DNA from: Callorhinchus milii
Taxonomy: Eukaryota
Assembly: GCF_018977255.1 (NCBI RefSeq)
Contig: NW_024704765.1
Coordinates: 6,820,001 to 6,884,000 of the forward strand
DNA: 64,000 bases
Reading direction: 5' to 3'
How positions within the stretch are numbered: the first letter of the stretch is position 1; each line of letters starts with the position of its first letter. Below are positions 60,421 to 64,000 of this stretch, one piece after another. The notes beneath the pieces were generated by a model. It was not told where the DNA came from. It was given only the letters and a program-made list of their open reading frames with translations, and made no database searches. A program made the translations under genes and the position numbers.

Positions 60421-61911
60421 ACGTGTTGTTGTTGTTGTTGTTGAGTCACCCCCTGCCTGGTCCTGGTACTCACTCTCCCCCAAATCCCCGTTTGCCTTGA
60501 GCATTCTCCTCCTGCATTCAAAACCGTCTTATGAACATATATATATCCTTGACTGTTCCTTTGGTCAACACCCTCTACTCCCCCCGTCCTTGCCCCTGCA
60601 ACCCCACCCGAACTCCTCACCCCACCCCCCCCCCATTCTCAGGGTGGATCCCCATCATTGGGGCTACCTGAAAAGTGCCAAATCATTGCAAGTTGTTGGA
60701 CCGACTGAGCATTCGGTTCATTCTAGACGAGTGGGAAATTGTCACGTGGATGTAGAACTCTCGGTCTGTCTGGTTTGGGGAATCTTAAGCACACCGATGG
60801 GAGGGTGGGTGGGTGTGCGTGTCTCGTGTTGGTATCTGGGCGTGAAGCGTGTGTCAGACACCCGGCCACCAAAAGATGAAGCGCGTCACAGGTCGCTATT
60901 TTTGGCCTATGTGGCACGTTGGTTAGCATTTTAGCCGGAGGAGGATTTGAGAACCGGTTCGGACAGAACAGGTTTCTCGAGGAGCCTCGGGCTGCAGGTA
61001 TCTGGAATCCACCTTGAGCAATCAGCGAGGCAGGATTCCAACAACGTAGAAACAACTGCGCATTCAGGAAATCTTACTTTGTGTTGGCCGGGTGACCTTT
61101 CCTGATCTCCAGGCAGGTTCTGGGAAGCCTAATTAACCTTGTCCAGCTCCATCTCAGGCCGACTGTCGAGTCCTGTCGCTCAGTGGTTAGAGCACTTGCC
61201 TCGCAAACCAGGGTTCAATTCCTGGGCGGTCAAACCCACAACCTCGTGACCCAGAGAGCGCTACCGACTGAGACGAGCTAATAGATGGAGAGTTTCAGTC
61301 GGACGAATAAAGAAGGCTCCAGTTCCTGGCTTTGATCACTTTCGAGTCCTGCAGGAATCTCTCCCCCCCCCACCCTCACCCTCACCCCACCTCCCCGAGG
61401 GCCGAGGGAAACGCGAGAGGAAAGATTCACGTCTGAGCAAAGCTCTGCGGTCGGCAACAGAGAGCACAGCCTGCGAGGAGGAGGTGATGGGCCTGGAGCT
61501 TTCCGCAGGAGAGGCGTGAAGATAGGGGCTGACTGAGGCTTATATGATGATAGTCCTCATGAGCTTCCTCTACAGCTCAATTGGTAACAACCCGACCACA
61601 CCTGGTGTGAAAGGCGAAACAGGACAGTCACGGGAGATTACTATAAAAGGATGGACTCAAAGCCCCTAACTCTCCCTCTCCCTCCCACAGGATTATACAC
61701 AATGTAAAGTGTAGTGACTGTGTATTTTGTTGGCAAAAACATGGCAGCCAGTTTGCACACAGCTTTTGTTGCCACAAACGGCCTTAGGGTTGAGTGTCCG
61801 GTTTGATCCGAGGGATCGCCGACCGGGACGCCGGAGAGAGGGGAAACTCTCTCCTCCTTTCGAATAGCGGAAAAGAGGATGTCGCCAATGTCACAGTAAA
61901 GGAGGAGTAGA

Positions 61912-62070
61912 GAAACATAGAAACACGGAAACAGGAGGGAGGCCATTCAGCCCCTCAAGCCTGTTCTACCATGCTATAAGATCATGGCTGATCTGTACCT
62001 CAAGTCCAATTACCTGCCCTTGCCCCGATATCCCTTGATACCCCGACCCAACAATTATCTATCCACCTTC
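61912..62070 (-). mobile_element. CR1-type LINE 3' end
   Basis: AGAAACATAGAAAC...GGCCATTCAGCCCCTCAAGCCTGTTCT...GATCATGGCTGATCTGTACCTC. Same end at about 1694-1815, 6764-6895 and 41905-42090 (minus), and 18530-18663, 47270-47480 and 63190-63340 (plus). Confidence 0.75.
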
Positions 62071-63451
62071 CCCCCATATCTTTGCAAAATGTTCTTCTTC
62101 AAGTAACTTTCCTTTCGTTTTATTTAGTAAAACTTATGAAAAAAGCCACAAATGAACAATAACACTAACAATAATACCAATAACAGTGATCCTGGCGTTC
62201 GACACAGCACCTTATCACGTCTTCGAGACGTCTCAAAGCGCTTCGCGGTGTGCACTGCGAAGCGAGGTGACTGTGTGTGTTTTGTGGGCGAAACGAATGA
62301 ACAAAGAGGTGAGCGCGACGGTCACCTCAAGCGTTAAAAGAAGAAACGTCAGCCTGTGGTGACTCGTTAGCCCAGACAGGTGAAGGCCAGAACGTTCTCA
62401 CAGCCTTCAACACGGGGAGTTGGGCAATGGGTGTCAGATGAGCCGATAATCAGTGAATACCATAAAAGTTTGTGAGCGGTATGTACTTGACTCCTGAAAC
62501 CAGTTTCTCTTTTACTCATTAACTCGTCGGGCCGGTCCCCAAACCACAGGTTGCAGATAAGCTGCTGGCAGCAATGCGAGTGGGCGGAAATTTCCCACAA
62601 TGTTTCTCACAGGTGAGATCGGACCGTGTGTCTCAACACAATGATGACATGGAATTGCATTTCATTACACAGCAGGTGCCTGAGTGCCTGGGGATAGGGC
62701 CACAGGTGCAAGACAATAGAGCTCAGGTATTTTTCCCAGTCTCATAACTTTACATTCGATCTACCTTTACGTCCTCTTGTGAAATTAGACAACAGCGCCC
62801 CTATTCATTTTCAGTATCTGTTGAAAAATAAAGGGAGTGTGTTATTAGATAAATACATTTAGGTCTGTATCGGATTGCCTGACTCTGGTGCGTAATGTGG
62901 CGCACACTGTTAACTTTAGATTTACACCCATTGTGCTGCCGGTTCAACACAATACCCAGACTACGAATTATCATCTCAATTGGTGGAGCTTTACTGAACA
63001 GAGACAGCGCTTATGCTCTTTGTTTTACTGGGAGCTGAACAATTATGTGTCAGTTCTCGGGGGCTAAAAGCTCATTAGCCGAAATATTCCAATCTTGATT
63101 TTCCCGACCGTGTGAATCTTTCTATTTAACCCCATTGAGTGCTGATGTATATTTGTTGGCGGGGTTCCTGTTCGAAGGTTCGAGACGGGAGGTGGATAGA
63201 TTTTTGTTGGGTCAGTGTGTCAAGGGATACGAGGTAAGGGCGGGTTATTTGGTGTTGGGGTACAGGTCGGCCATGATATTATAGAATGGCGGAACAGGCT
63301 CGAGGGGCTGAATGGTCTACTCCTGTTTCTGCGTTTCCAATAGCAGATCAATCAACCGGATCAAACAGTGGCCGATTCTAAATCTGTCGGACATAACAGT
63401 CTCGTGAGGAGAATGAGAAAGATTTATCAAAGAACCCAACATTTTGCAATG

Positions 63452-63760
63452 GAGTCCTGTTGCTCAGTGGTTATAGCCCTCGACCCGCAAGAGAGAGACC
63501 TGGGTTTGATTCCCAACAGGTCAGGGCGAAACCTTGGGCAAGTTTCCTTACTCCACACTCACGCCTGATAATAATCCCTCAAGAAAAAATAATAGTCACT
63601 CAATCCACGGCTGTTTGTGGGGACGCTGCTGTGAGCAATCGGCTTCCGCGTTTCGCCCACAGAATACATACAGTCAATTCACTTTACAGTATAGTGCTTG
63701 AAACGTCTCGAAGACGCGATAAGGCGCTGTATGAAATGCAAGGATTAGTATTATTATTAT
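63452..63760 (+). mobile_element. Same SINE family, full length
   Basis: tRNA head, body and tail. Further partial copies at about 4070-4285, 10499-10675, 14645-14840, 16980-17120, 17845-18025, 20275-20385, 21535-21650, 28625-28875, 42830-43030, 49133-49275, 56695-56860 and 62185-62295. Confidence 0.85.
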
Positions 63761-64000
63761 TTTCATAGACTTTAGGAACTGAGCTGTGGGGGAAGCTGAT
63801 CCGGTTTTCTCTTTTTTTTATTTTTGTTTTCTTTAAAAAAAATGTTTGTCTAGTTTTATTATCGAGAGTAATAAATGATTGTGTATCACATCAGAGATCA
63901 AGGGGGTATCAGCAAGGGCTGTCAAAGGGAGATTAGCCTCTGGGGGGGAAACCCTCAGGACGGCCAGTAAGGGAGGCAGCAGATACTTTGATATTCTCCC

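Noticed and set aside
47200-64000. Expected 1p36 neighbours (TMCO4, UBXN10, PLA2G2, HTR6, NBL1) or miR-200/miR-34 hairpins
   Set aside because: No matching peptides or mature miRNA sequences were recognised by eye; the ORFs here mostly derive from SINE/LINE or low-complexity DNA.

Overview
Vertebrate genomic DNA. The repeat content (tRNA-derived and Deu-domain SINEs, CR1 and L2 3' ends) suggests a cartilaginous fish, possibly a chimaera; that assignment is inference. The gene neighbourhood resembles human 1p36. Six protein-coding loci can be read from the sequence: FNDC10 (minus strand, one coding exon, 1-nt frameshift); a 14-coding-exon GOLIM4-like gene (minus, about 554 aa, probably a paralogue/ohnologue rather than GOLIM4 itself); a head-to-tail pair of V1R/ORA chemoreceptors with intronless coding regions (ora3-like with a 1-nt frameshift, ora4-like intact); OTUD3 (plus, 8 exons, about 416 aa, with a 1.5-kb N gap in intron 1); and RNF186 (plus, single exon). 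The last ~17 kb has no recognisable coding exons but contains SINEs, LINE relics and motif clusters. Notable oddities: G/C-skewed minisatellites around the first exons (including a GGGTCA/TTAGGG array upstream of OTUD3), a GC-AG intron, a perfect 21-bp hairpin inside a SINE, and an 18-bp-periodic TEAD-site cluster. I found no clear wholly new biological system; the best candidates for novelty are the GOLIM4 paralogue and the ora3/ora4 locus.
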